A stretch of DNA of 64,000 nt, from assembly GCA_041690395.1 (NCBI GenBank), contig JAWLHJ010000002.1:420707-484706 (forward strand), given 5' to 3'. Shown here piece by piece: positions 36,171 through 44,548 of this stretch; within the stretch, counting starts at the first letter, position 1, and each line of letters opens with the position of its first letter. Position numbers and translations under genes: made by a program. The stretch comes from Longimicrobiales bacterium. GTDB lineage: Bacteria > Gemmatimonadota > Gemmatimonadetes > Longimicrobiales > Gaopeijiaceae. The notes beneath the pieces were generated by a model. The model ran no database searches. It saw nothing but the letters and a program-made list of their open reading frames with translations, and was not told the origin of the DNA.

Positions 36171-37583
36171 TCAACGGGCGTCGGTGGAAGTGCGTGGCAT
36201 CGTGAGCGCCATCTCACCGGTGCTGTCACCGAAGTGCTCCATGTCGTCCATGCCGAGCTTGTGCATGAGGCTCAGCATCGCGTTGGACATGGGCGTTCCA
36301 TCGGGCGCCCGCACGTGCAGGTTGCCGTCGAGCGTGCCGTTCCCCTTGCCGAGGACGACGAGCGGGCAGCGGCGGTGGTTGTGCAGGTTTCCGTCGGCCA
36401 TCGGCGACCCGAACACGATCATCGACTTGTCGAGCATGGTGCTGTCCCCCTCCTGGATCTCACTCAGCTTCTCCAGGAAGTACGGAAGCATGCTCACGTG
36501 ATACTGGTTGATCTTCGCGAAGTCGAGGACCCGCTCCTCCACGCCGCCGTGGTGCGACGCCGGGTGGAACGGCGTATCCGAGCCGCTTTCCGGGTACACC
36601 CGGGCCGACGCGTCACGCCCGGTCTTGAAGGCGAAGACGCGCGTCATGTCCGACGCGAACGCGAGCGCCTGCAGGTCGAACATGAGGCGCATGTGCTCCG
36701 AGAAGGAGTCGGGCACACCAGCCGGCGCCTCCGGAAGCTCGCGCTGCTCGCCGCTCGTGTTCTGCGCCTCGATGCCCTGGATGCGGCGCTCGATCTCGCG
36801 AACGTTGTCGAGATAGCGGTCGAGCCGCTGGTGGTCGTTCGGGCCGAGCCGGCGACGCAGGCTCCGCATGTCGTCGTTGATCCAGTCGAGGATGCTGCTG
36901 CTCGTCCGACGACGGACCGCCCGCTCCTCGGGTGTGCCGCCGGCGCCGAACAGCATGTCGAACGCCACGCGCGGGTCACGCACCATCGGCAGGGGCTCGG
37001 TCGGCGAGGCCCAGCTGAGCGAATCGGTGTAGACGCAGGAGTACCCGTAGGCGCAGCCGCCGGACTGGTCGACGTTCTCGATGCAGAGCTGCATGGACGG
37101 AATCGGCGTGTCCTGCCCGAACCGCTGCGCGTAGAGCTGATCCATGGAGGTGCCGACGAAGACGTCGGAGCTCTCGGTCTGTTTCGGATGCGACTGGGTC
37201 AGGAAGACCGCGCTCGACCGGAAGTGGTCACCGCCGATCTCGTTGGGCTCGAAGGCCTCGGCCATGCGCACGTCGGTGTTGCTGACGATCGTCAGGTAGT
37301 CCCGCCACGGATCGAGCGGGCTCAGGGAGCTCGGCGACAGGTCGAAGTTCCGTCCGACCTCGGCCGGCGCCCAGAGGTTCTGCGACGCGCCCCAGTCGTT
37401 GCTCCCGGCGCAGCCGTGCACGAGCTCGATGGCGACGAACCTGGTGCGGTCGAATTCCGACATCGCCGCGGCGCTTCCCCGCCCCGCCGGGATCATCGCG
37501 TCGAGGAACGGGAGCGACACGGTGGCGCCCACGCTCTTGAGGAAGGTGCGTCGCTCGATCTGCTTTCCGGTGATGAATCGCAT
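36171..37583 (-). CDS. DUF1552 (HxxSHH) protein with Tat-like signal (copy 2)
   Basis: IERRTFLKS, FHPASHH, NLHNH; paralog of 29196-30611. Confidence 0.9.
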   Translation of the reverse strand: MRFITGKQIERRTFLKSVGATVSLPFLDAMIPAGRGSAAAMSEFDRTRFVAIELVHGCAGSNDWGASQNLWAPAEVGRNFDLSPSSLSPLDPWRDYLTIVSNTDVRMAEAFEPNEIGGDHFRSSAVFLTQSHPKQTESSDVFVGTSMDQLYAQRFGQDTPIPSMQLCIENVDQSGGCAYGYSCVYTDSLSWASPTEPLPMVRDPRVAFDMLFGAGGTPEERAVRRRTSSSILDWINDDMRSLRRRLGPNDHQRLDRYLDNVREIERRIQGIEAQNTSGEQRELPEAPAGVPDSFSEHMRLMFDLQALAFASDMTRVFAFKTGRDASARVYPESGSDTPFHPASHHGGVEERVLDFAKINQYHVSMLPYFLEKLSEIQEGDSTMLDKSMIVFGSPMADGNLHNHRRCPLVVLGKGNGTLDGNLHVRAPDGTPMSNAMLSLMHKLGMDDMEHFGDSTGEMALTMPRTSTDAR

Positions 37584-37603
37584 GGTGCCTCGGTCTCCCG
37601 CCG

Positions 37604-40105
37604 TCAGTGTTGGTTGGCGGCGGCGGTCGAGACCGCCCCCGCACGTTGCATCTGGAACGCGTCGCTCTTCACCACGCCGAGCACGAACGACGAGATCCGG
37701 TAGTCTTCCTCTTCAGCTTCCCGCACGATCCGCCGGACGACCGGCTGATCGTAGTACTCGACTCTCCGTCCGAGCGCGTACGCCATCAGGTTCGACGTGA
37801 AGGCCCTGAGCAGGAGGACCGGTCGGTCCAGCAGCGCCTGCTGCAGCGCGAGCGGCCCGTCGATGGGGGTGCCGTCGTACAGCTCCCCGTTCGTCTCGAG
37901 CGCCACGCCGTTCTCCTTGATCCGCCACTTACCGGTCATGTCGTAGCTGTCGAGCGCGAGCCCGAGCGGGTCGATGAAGCGGTGGCAGGCGTTGCAGGTC
38001 GGGTTCGCGCGGTGGACCTCCATGCGCTCCTTGGTCGTGAGCATGCGGCCCTCGGTCGCCTCGTCCGACGTCTCCTCGAGCGGCGGCACACCCGGCGGCG
38101 GCGGCGGCGGCGGCGTGCCCATCACCACCTCCATGATCCACTTGCCGCGCAGCACCGGCGAGGTACGGCCCGCGTGCGAGGTCAGCGTGAGCACGCTGCC
38201 GTGCCCCAGGATCCCCCGACGGTAGTCGTAGGGGTAGTCGACCCTGCGGAACTGGTCGCCGCTGACACCGGGGATGTCGTAGTGCCGCGCGAGGCGCTCG
38301 TTGACGAAGGTGTAGTCCGCCGTGTAGAGCTCGAACATGCTCTCGTCCTCACGCACCAGGTGCGTGAAGAAGAGCTGTGTCTCACGGAGCATGGCGTCCG
38401 CGAGCTGCTGATGGTAGTCGGGTGCGAAGCGAACGTCCGGGTGGACCTTTTCGAGGTCCTGGAGCCGGAGCCACTGCGAAGCGAAGCGCGTGCTCAGCGC
38501 CTCGGCCCGCTCGTCACGAAGCATGCGGAGCACCTGAGCCTCCAGCGTCTCCGGATCGGACAGGCGATCCTCCGCCGCCAGCCTCATCAGCTCCTCGTCC
38601 GGGGGAAGCCCCCAGAGGAAGTAGGAGAGGCGAGAGGCCAGATCCTCGTCGCTGACCCGGTACGTCTCGCCCAGCTCGACCTCGGCCGGTGCCTCCTCGA
38701 AGCGGAACACGAAGTGCGGGCTGGCGAGCATCGCCTCGAGCGCCGTGCGCACGCCGATCTCGAAGCCGCCTTCCTCCACACCCATGTCGTAGAAGCCGAT
38801 GAGGGCCTCACGATTTTCGTCCGTCAACGGACGCCGGAACGCCTCGGGTCCGAGTCGGTCGATGATCTCGGCCGCGCACGCACGCGCTTCGTCCGGTCGC
38901 TGCTCGGGCCGCTCCGGGTAGCACGAGAAGATCCGGTCGCGGATCGGGTGGTCGGAAACGCCCGTGACGTCCCACGGCCCCGCGATCACGAGATCGCGCA
39001 TGTGGGGGAGCGAGAGCACACCGTAGCTTCCGGCGATCGCCGTGCTGGCGAGCGACCAGTCGTGCGGACGGACGAGGTCCTGGACCGGCCCCTCCATACG
39101 CTTGACGAAGGCCGCCGTGACGCGCTTCGGACCGGCCGTCACACGGATCGGCTCCGTGCGCATCTCCACGCCCTCGGGATTCTCGACATGCATCCAGCGA
39201 TCGATGTCGAGGAGCGCCACGCGCTCGCCGTCGATGGACACCTCCACCTGCTCCGGGTCATCGGGCGTCGCGAGCGAGGAGCGCCCGTTGCCGACGGCCG
39301 TGCCGGTGGTCTCGTGGTGGAAGGAGAAGCGGAAGACGTACTCCCCGTCGGCCGGGAAGGTGTGCACGACCGAGGTGCCGCCACGCGTTCCGAACGGCGC
39401 GCCCTCGACCCGCTCCGACTGCGACACCCACCGCGGGATGCGGTACTGCCGCTCGAGCGGCGTGGCGGTGGGGTTACCGACGGCCAGGCGGCTGATCTCC
39501 GCGGCGGCGGTGAGGTAGGCGTCGAGCAAGGTGGGCGACACCATCTGCACGTCGGCGATGTTGTCGAAGTTGTTGCTCTTGGTGTCGAGCGGCAGGTAGT
39601 CGCCGGCGTCGATGTCCAGCCCGAGCAGATCCTTGATCGAGCGTTGGTACTCGGCGCGGTTCAGTCGTTGGAACGTCCGACCGCCGGGGTTGGGGTCGGC
39701 GGCGGCTGCTGCGTCGAGCCGGGACTCGAGCGCCTCCACCAGCGCGGTGAGTGAGTCACCCGCGGGACGCCGGGCGCCGGGCGGCGGCATCATCTCCGCG
39801 CGGAGCTTCACGACGACCTTCTCGGCCAGCACCGGATCGTTCGAGGGAGCGATCGGGTCGAAGTCCTCCAGCGAGAGGTTGCCCTGGAGGCGCCGGTCGC
39901 TGTGGCACCGGACGCAGTACTGCTCGATGAGCTCGCCCTCGGCCGCGGGGTCGTCGAACACGAGACCCGATGCGGGAGCGGACGCGACCTCGTGGACCCG
40001 GGGCTCACCCGCGAGGGCGAAGTCGTCCTCGGCGGGCGTCCAGGCGACGGCGGCATAGGTGAACAGGGTGCCGGTGGTCGCGATCGCTGTGATCAGAGTC
40101 TTCAA
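37604..40105 (-). CDS. DUF1587/1595/1592/1588/1585-type protein with two c-heme motifs (copy 2)
   Basis: CVRCH and CNACH; paralog of 30654-33122; TTG start with AAGGAGA RBS. Confidence 0.9.
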   Translation of the reverse strand: MKTLITAIATTGTLFTYAAVAWTPAEDDFALAGEPRVHEVASAPASGLVFDDPAAEGELIEQYCVRCHSDRRLQGNLSLEDFDPIAPSNDPVLAEKVVVKLRAEMMPPPGARRPAGDSLTALVEALESRLDAAAAADPNPGGRTFQRLNRAEYQRSIKDLLGLDIDAGDYLPLDTKSNNFDNIADVQMVSPTLLDAYLTAAAEISRLAVGNPTATPLERQYRIPRWVSQSERVEGAPFGTRGGTSVVHTFPADGEYVFRFSFHHETTGTAVGNGRSSLATPDDPEQVEVSIDGERVALLDIDRWMHVENPEGVEMRTEPIRVTAGPKRVTAAFVKRMEGPVQDLVRPHDWSLASTAIAGSYGVLSLPHMRDLVIAGPWDVTGVSDHPIRDRIFSCYPERPEQRPDEARACAAEIIDRLGPEAFRRPLTDENREALIGFYDMGVEEGGFEIGVRTALEAMLASPHFVFRFEEAPAEVELGETYRVSDEDLASRLSYFLWGLPPDEELMRLAAEDRLSDPETLEAQVLRMLRDERAEALSTRFASQWLRLQDLEKVHPDVRFAPDYHQQLADAMLRETQLFFTHLVREDESMFELYTADYTFVNERLARHYDIPGVSGDQFRRVDYPYDYRRGILGHGSVLTLTSHAGRTSPVLRGKWIMEVVMGTPPPPPPPGVPPLEETSDEATEGRMLTTKERMEVHRANPTCNACHRFIDPLGLALDSYDMTGKWRIKENGVALETNGELYDGTPIDGPLALQQALLDRPVLLLRAFTSNLMAYALGRRVEYYDQPVVRRIVREAEEEDYRISSFVLGVVKSDAFQMQRAGAVSTAAANQH

Positions 40106-40236
40106 CCTGACGGTCTCCTTCGGGTACGCGCGCTCGAACGATCGATCCGCCCGACCTCGCCCCGCCCGTGCCCGATGTCGTGGAGTTGCTCACTCCACGG
40201 CTCGAAGCCGGGCCTGCCCGGTCGTTCGGATATCCC

Positions 40237-40266
40237 AGTATACGGGGTTCCCCGATACTGATGCCA
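40237..40266 (-). promoter_or_regulatory. Promoter TGGCAT-N18-TATACT for operon copy 2
   Basis: Same CCCCG-TATAnT context as the copy 1 promoter, about 130 nt upstream of the start codon. Confidence 0.5.
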
Positions 40267-40409
40267 GAAAGCCCGAGCCCGACGCACGTCGGGGGATGAG
40301 GGCCGTTGTAACCATAGAGACACGCTGTGCGCTCATTTTGATGAGCGCGGCGATTCCATCGCGGGACGGGACGCCCGGTCGGTCGCCCGAACCCGCCCCC
40401 GTTGGCTGC

Positions 40410-41660
40410 TCAGCGCGGGAGCGGGTGCCGCTCCAGATAGGCGAGATCGAAGTCGTCGAACGTCACGACGTAGAGGTGCTCACGCCCGAAGCCGACGGCA
40501 CGAGCACCCGGAGGGAGGAGGACGGTCTCGACGCGGTCACCCGCCCGGTCGAAGACATCGTAGGTCGACGCCTCGCCGGCGGAGACGCTCCGCCCCACCC
40601 AGGCCCGGCCGCCCGGATCGACGAGCACGCGCCCGGAGCGGAAGGGCGCCATGCGCTCGGGCCAGCTGTACTGGTCGATCGCCCGATCACGCCCGCCCCC
40701 ACCGCCCCGGCTCAGCCGCGTGGACACCGCCCCGTTCTCGACGGACACCGCCACGCCGATCCCACCGCCCGACCTCCCCTGCTCGACCAGCCACTCCTCC
40801 TTCTCGGGCGCTCCGATGCGGACCGGATCGTGGGGGACGGGGCGCCCGCGGGTGACCGCACCGTCGGGCGCGATCCAATCCACCCGTGCCGAACCCGAGC
40901 GCGCGACGACGACCGAGCCGTCCGGGGCCACCCCCCAGGCATCCTCCGGGGACAGCGGAACCGCCTCGATGGCGACGTTGCGCTCGTCCGCGCCGCCGCT
41001 CTCCCGTCGCACGCGGTCCTGGAGCTTCACCGTAGCGGCCGTGTCGGCGACCCGCGTGGACCTGTCGATCCTGAGGACGGCCCCCGAGTCGGGAAGCGCG
41101 CCCCCCGGTCCCCCACCCATCCCGAGCGCGCGAGCATAGATCCGCCCACGACCGTCGACGCCCTGGGGAAGCGCGAGCGTGAACGGGGCCCCCGCGCCGG
41201 GACGCGGATCCCCGAGGGCGATGGGCATGGTGGGACCGAACGCGAGTTCCGGACCCAGCACCACGAGACGGCCGTTGCCGAGGTCGACGAGGAGCGTCGA
41301 ATCCGCCGGTAGGGGCCAGACCGCATCGGGCTGCATGTACTCGTCGGGGCCCTGGCCCTGGCGCCCGACCACGGTCCGGGCGCCTCGCTCCAGATCGACC
41401 AGGTAGAGCGCGCGACCCAGCGGGTCGGCCACGAGCACCCGCCCGTCCGGAAGCTCCCGCACGGTCTGGATGGAGCCGAAGTCCTCGGGAAACCGGTCGG
41501 CCGGGGTGTCGAGGACGACCTGGGCGGTCGCCGACGGAGGAAGGGCGAAGGTGAGCGCGAGCACCCCCGCGATCAGCGCCCCCGAGACGAGGCGCCGAGC
41601 GTCCCGACGCTCCGCGCGGTCTCGCGCAGCCTCCGGTCCCTTCGTGCTCGCGTCGCTCAT
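40410..41660 (-). CDS. Exported beta-propeller (6-bladed/NHL-like) hypothetical protein
   Basis: Signal peptide; LPDGRVLVAD, VGRQGQGPDEY, DSTLLVD, YDVFDRAG. Confidence 0.7.
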   Translation of the reverse strand: MSDASTKGPEAARDRAERRDARRLVSGALIAGVLALTFALPPSATAQVVLDTPADRFPEDFGSIQTVRELPDGRVLVADPLGRALYLVDLERGARTVVGRQGQGPDEYMQPDAVWPLPADSTLLVDLGNGRLVVLGPELAFGPTMPIALGDPRPGAGAPFTLALPQGVDGRGRIYARALGMGGGPGGALPDSGAVLRIDRSTRVADTAATVKLQDRVRRESGGADERNVAIEAVPLSPEDAWGVAPDGSVVVARSGSARVDWIAPDGAVTRGRPVPHDPVRIGAPEKEEWLVEQGRSGGGIGVAVSVENGAVSTRLSRGGGGGRDRAIDQYSWPERMAPFRSGRVLVDPGGRAWVGRSVSAGEASTYDVFDRAGDRVETVLLPPGARAVGFGREHLYVVTFDDFDLAYLERHPLPR

Positions 41661-41745
41661 CGCTCTCCTCCTGCGTGATGACCTTCCGGCGTGCACGCTC
41701 CTCGGCGCGTCGCCGCTCTCCCCTCCATGGACGCGCCGGTCCCCG

Positions 41746-42714
41746 TCAGCGGTTGCCCGGACCCCGGGGCTGGACGCCGGGCACGGACTGCATGGTCCGG
41801 GCCGGACGCATCGCGCGCCGCTCGGCGAGGTCGAACGCGTCTCCGGGGGCGAGGAAGTAGAACGAGCCCCCTCCGCTGGTCGCGGTGTTCCGGTCGTAGA
41901 TCAGGACGTACGAGCGGCCGATGACCTCGAATCGGTCGCCGCGGACCACGATGCCGGTGTCCTCGTCGAGCCCGATGCCGAGCAGCTCGGGGTGGGCGTC
42001 GAGGACCTCGAGCAGGTCGAAGTGCCGGTTCCGCTGCAGCACGTGCTGGTCGATGCCGACATCGCGAAGGTAGCCGAAGCCCTCCTGGCGGTCTCCCATC
42101 ATGACCTGATTGGTCCGCGTGTCACCGCGCACGAGGAACGATCCCTGGATGGAGGCGCCCGCCGACGTGCCACCGATGACGCCGCCGCGGTCCAGCACCT
42201 TCCGGATCTCCTCTTCGGTCCGCGTGCCGGCGTACGCGTCGACCAACCGCCACTGGCGCCCACCGAAGAAGAAGACGGCGTCCGCCGTCCGGAGCGGCTC
42301 GACGAAGGCTTCCGTGTCGGCCACCGCGGGGTCGGTCGTGTGCAGGACGGTCATATTGCGCGCGCCGTGCTCACGCCACGCGTTCAGCCCCCCGTACCGC
42401 TCGTCGTACTCCGCCTGTCCGCCGGCCGTCGGGATCATGACCATGTGGGCGTCGGGACCGCCCGCCAGCTCGATGAACGCCTCGTAGATCTCGGGCGACC
42501 GCATCGCGCCCCCCACGATGAGGAGCGTGCCGTTCGCGGGGCCGACGACCGGGGGAGCCGGTCTCTGCTCCTGCGCCTGGCCCGCGGCGGGAGCGAAGGC
42601 GCACACCCAGGCGGCGAGCGTGAGGGGGCGCAGCCAGCGAGCACCTCGGCGATGGGCTGCGGCGAGGGGAGGGCGAACGCGACGGAGCGAACCGATGATG
42701 CTGATCTCCTTCAT
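41746..42714 (-). CDS. Cyanophycinase-like peptidase S51, probably exported
   Basis: LLIVGG, IPTA, FFFGGRQ, GTSAGAS (nucleophile), IDQH, GIGLDEDT; signal-like LTLAAWVCAFAPAAGQA. Confidence 0.88.
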   Translation of the reverse strand: MKEISIIGSLRRVRPPLAAAHRRGARWLRPLTLAAWVCAFAPAAGQAQEQRPAPPVVGPANGTLLIVGGAMRSPEIYEAFIELAGGPDAHMVMIPTAGGQAEYDERYGGLNAWREHGARNMTVLHTTDPAVADTEAFVEPLRTADAVFFFGGRQWRLVDAYAGTRTEEEIRKVLDRGGVIGGTSAGASIQGSFLVRGDTRTNQVMMGDRQEGFGYLRDVGIDQHVLQRNRHFDLLEVLDAHPELLGIGLDEDTGIVVRGDRFEVIGRSYVLIYDRNTATSGGGSFYFLAPGDAFDLAERRAMRPARTMQSVPGVQPRGPGNR

Positions 42715-44228
42715 GGCTTGCCTTCGATGGCTGGGGAAGCGTCCTCGCTCCCGTACACGAATCGCTCCACCTCACCGTGGATGCGGGCGACGGTCTCGGT
42801 CGAGGGCCCGCGCGTGAAGCCGGACACGGTCACCGCCAGCACCCCGTTCACCAGGAGCGACCAGACGGCGCCGTGCATGCCCCAGGGGTGCGGCACGACC
42901 ACGAGCGTGACGTACAGCGTGGCCATCCCCGCCCCGATACCGGTGAGCACGCCCGCCCGGGTGAGCGTTCGTCGTCCCGGGAAGCAGACGCCCAGGATAG
43001 CCGGCATGAGCTGCAGCGCCCCGGACCCCGAAAGGGTGACCAGCACGACCAGGAATCCGAAGGTGCGGACCGAGAGCACGTATCCGACCACGAGCAGCAC
43101 GGCCACGAGAACCCGCCCGACGGCCACGTAGTGGGCCTGAGTACGGTCGGTGGCCACGTACCGCTGGTACACGTCGCGCGTGAGGACGGTGACGTTCGCG
43201 TGCAGGATCGAGTCGAGCGTGGACATCGCCGCTGCCGTCGCGCCGGCCAGGATCAGTCCCGTCATCCAGGCGGGAGCATAGGCGAACAGGAGCTCGGGGA
43301 AGATCCGGTCGGGCACGTCGAGGCCCGGCATGACGATCGCGCCCCCGAGCCCGACCAGCGCGGTGGGTATGTAGAGCGTGATCAGGTAGATGGGCGTGGT
43401 GGCGCCGAGAAGCTTGAGCGTCTTGCCGTCGATCGCCGTGTAGTAGCGGATCATCATGTGGGGTTGGAAAACGATCCCGAACGAGAGCGTCAGCGTCATC
43501 CCGAGCCACATCCCCGGGGTGAAGAAGCCCTCGGGACCCGGCAGCGTGAGCAGGTCCGGGCGCTCCGCCATGACGGCGCGCACCAGCTCGATCGGGCCGC
43601 CGAAGAGCTCGAACGCCAGGTATACGGCGCCGATCCAGACCGCGAGATACATCCACACGCCCTGGAGAACGTCGGTCCAGTAGACGGCGCGGAGGCCGCC
43701 CGCGACCAGATACGCCGCGGCCACGACCAGGAGCACGAGCGTGCCGAGCTCGAACGAAATCCGGCCTCCGGAGGCCACGTTGATGATGTAGCCGAGGCCC
43801 TGCGCCTGGACCTGGATATAGAGGATGGTGAAGAGAACGGATACGACCGCGACCGCGATCCGCACCGCCTCGGACTCGTAGAAGTCGGCCAGCATGTCGG
43901 CCGGCGTCATGTACCCGAAGGCCTTCCCGAGCGCCCAGATGCGCGTGCCCAGCACGTAGGTGATGGCGCCGACCAGCACGGTCCACGTGCCGGCCATCCA
44001 GAAGCCGATGCCGTGCGTGTAGAAGAAGCCGCCGGAGCCGAGGAACGCGAACGCCGAATGGAAGGTGGCGACGACCGTGAGGTAGAGGACCACGAAGCCG
44101 GCGCGCCGGCCATACAGGAGGAAGTCCTCCATGTCGACGGTCATGCGGCGGTTGGCGACCACACCGAGCACGATCGTCGCCAGCAGGTAGACGAAGATCA
44201 GCCCCGTCGCGACGACCCAGGCTTCCAT
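42711..44228 (-). CDS. Sodium:solute symporter family protein
   Basis: ATFHSAFAFLG, GGLRAVYWTDVLQG, AAAMSTLDS, about 13 TMs. Confidence 0.93.
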   Translation of the reverse strand: MEAWVVATGLIFVYLLATIVLGVVANRRMTVDMEDFLLYGRRAGFVVLYLTVVATFHSAFAFLGSGGFFYTHGIGFWMAGTWTVLVGAITYVLGTRIWALGKAFGYMTPADMLADFYESEAVRIAVAVVSVLFTILYIQVQAQGLGYIINVASGGRISFELGTLVLLVVAAAYLVAGGLRAVYWTDVLQGVWMYLAVWIGAVYLAFELFGGPIELVRAVMAERPDLLTLPGPEGFFTPGMWLGMTLTLSFGIVFQPHMMIRYYTAIDGKTLKLLGATTPIYLITLYIPTALVGLGGAIVMPGLDVPDRIFPELLFAYAPAWMTGLILAGATAAAMSTLDSILHANVTVLTRDVYQRYVATDRTQAHYVAVGRVLVAVLLVVGYVLSVRTFGFLVVLVTLSGSGALQLMPAILGVCFPGRRTLTRAGVLTGIGAGMATLYVTLVVVPHPWGMHGAVWSLLVNGVLAVTVSGFTRGPSTETVARIHGEVERFVYGSEDASPAIEGKP

Positions 44229-44235
44229 GGCTGGG

Positions 44236-44472
44236 CTACACCCCGTTCCGGTAGGCGCGAACGAGGACCAGGACGAGCAGAGTGTAGAGCGCGAGCAGGA
44301 CGACCCAGAGGAACGGAAGGCCGCCGACGACCGGCTCGATCCGGTTCCAGAGCGTGTGCGTGAACGGCGGCATGCAGAGCGCGAACAGCACGAGGAACGT
44401 TACCGTCGCGCGCCGGCCGGCGGCCGTTCGCGGGAGGAAGTGGGATCGAGGTACGGGTCCGGGGGCGCTCAT
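44236..44472 (-). CDS. DUF3311-like small membrane partner of the SSS symporter
   Basis: PPF...WNRIEPVVGGLPF, two TMs, directly upstream of the symporter. Confidence 0.8.
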   Translation of the reverse strand: MSAPGPVPRSHFLPRTAAGRRATVTFLVLFALCMPPFTHTLWNRIEPVVGGLPFLWVVLLALYTLLVLVLVRAYRNGV

Positions 44473-44548
44473 GGGGCGCGAACATGGGCCAGGCGGGCGC
44501 GGGCGGGCAAGGTCGGGGGCGTCCAGGAGCGGGGCGACCCCCCGAGGC

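Larger units (their letters stand above)
27319..40105 (-). repeat. Tandem paralogous duplication of a ~5.8-kb three-gene operon (27319-33122 and 34376-40105)
   Basis: Same gene order; long identical peptide blocks in all three gene pairs. Confidence 0.95.

Noticed and set aside
5523..40289. 13-mer GCCCGACGCACGT shared by intergenic sites 5523 and 40277 (related hairpin at about 27267)
   Set aside because: A GC-rich 13-mer match is plausible by chance at this composition, and there are too few copies to call a REP element or operator.
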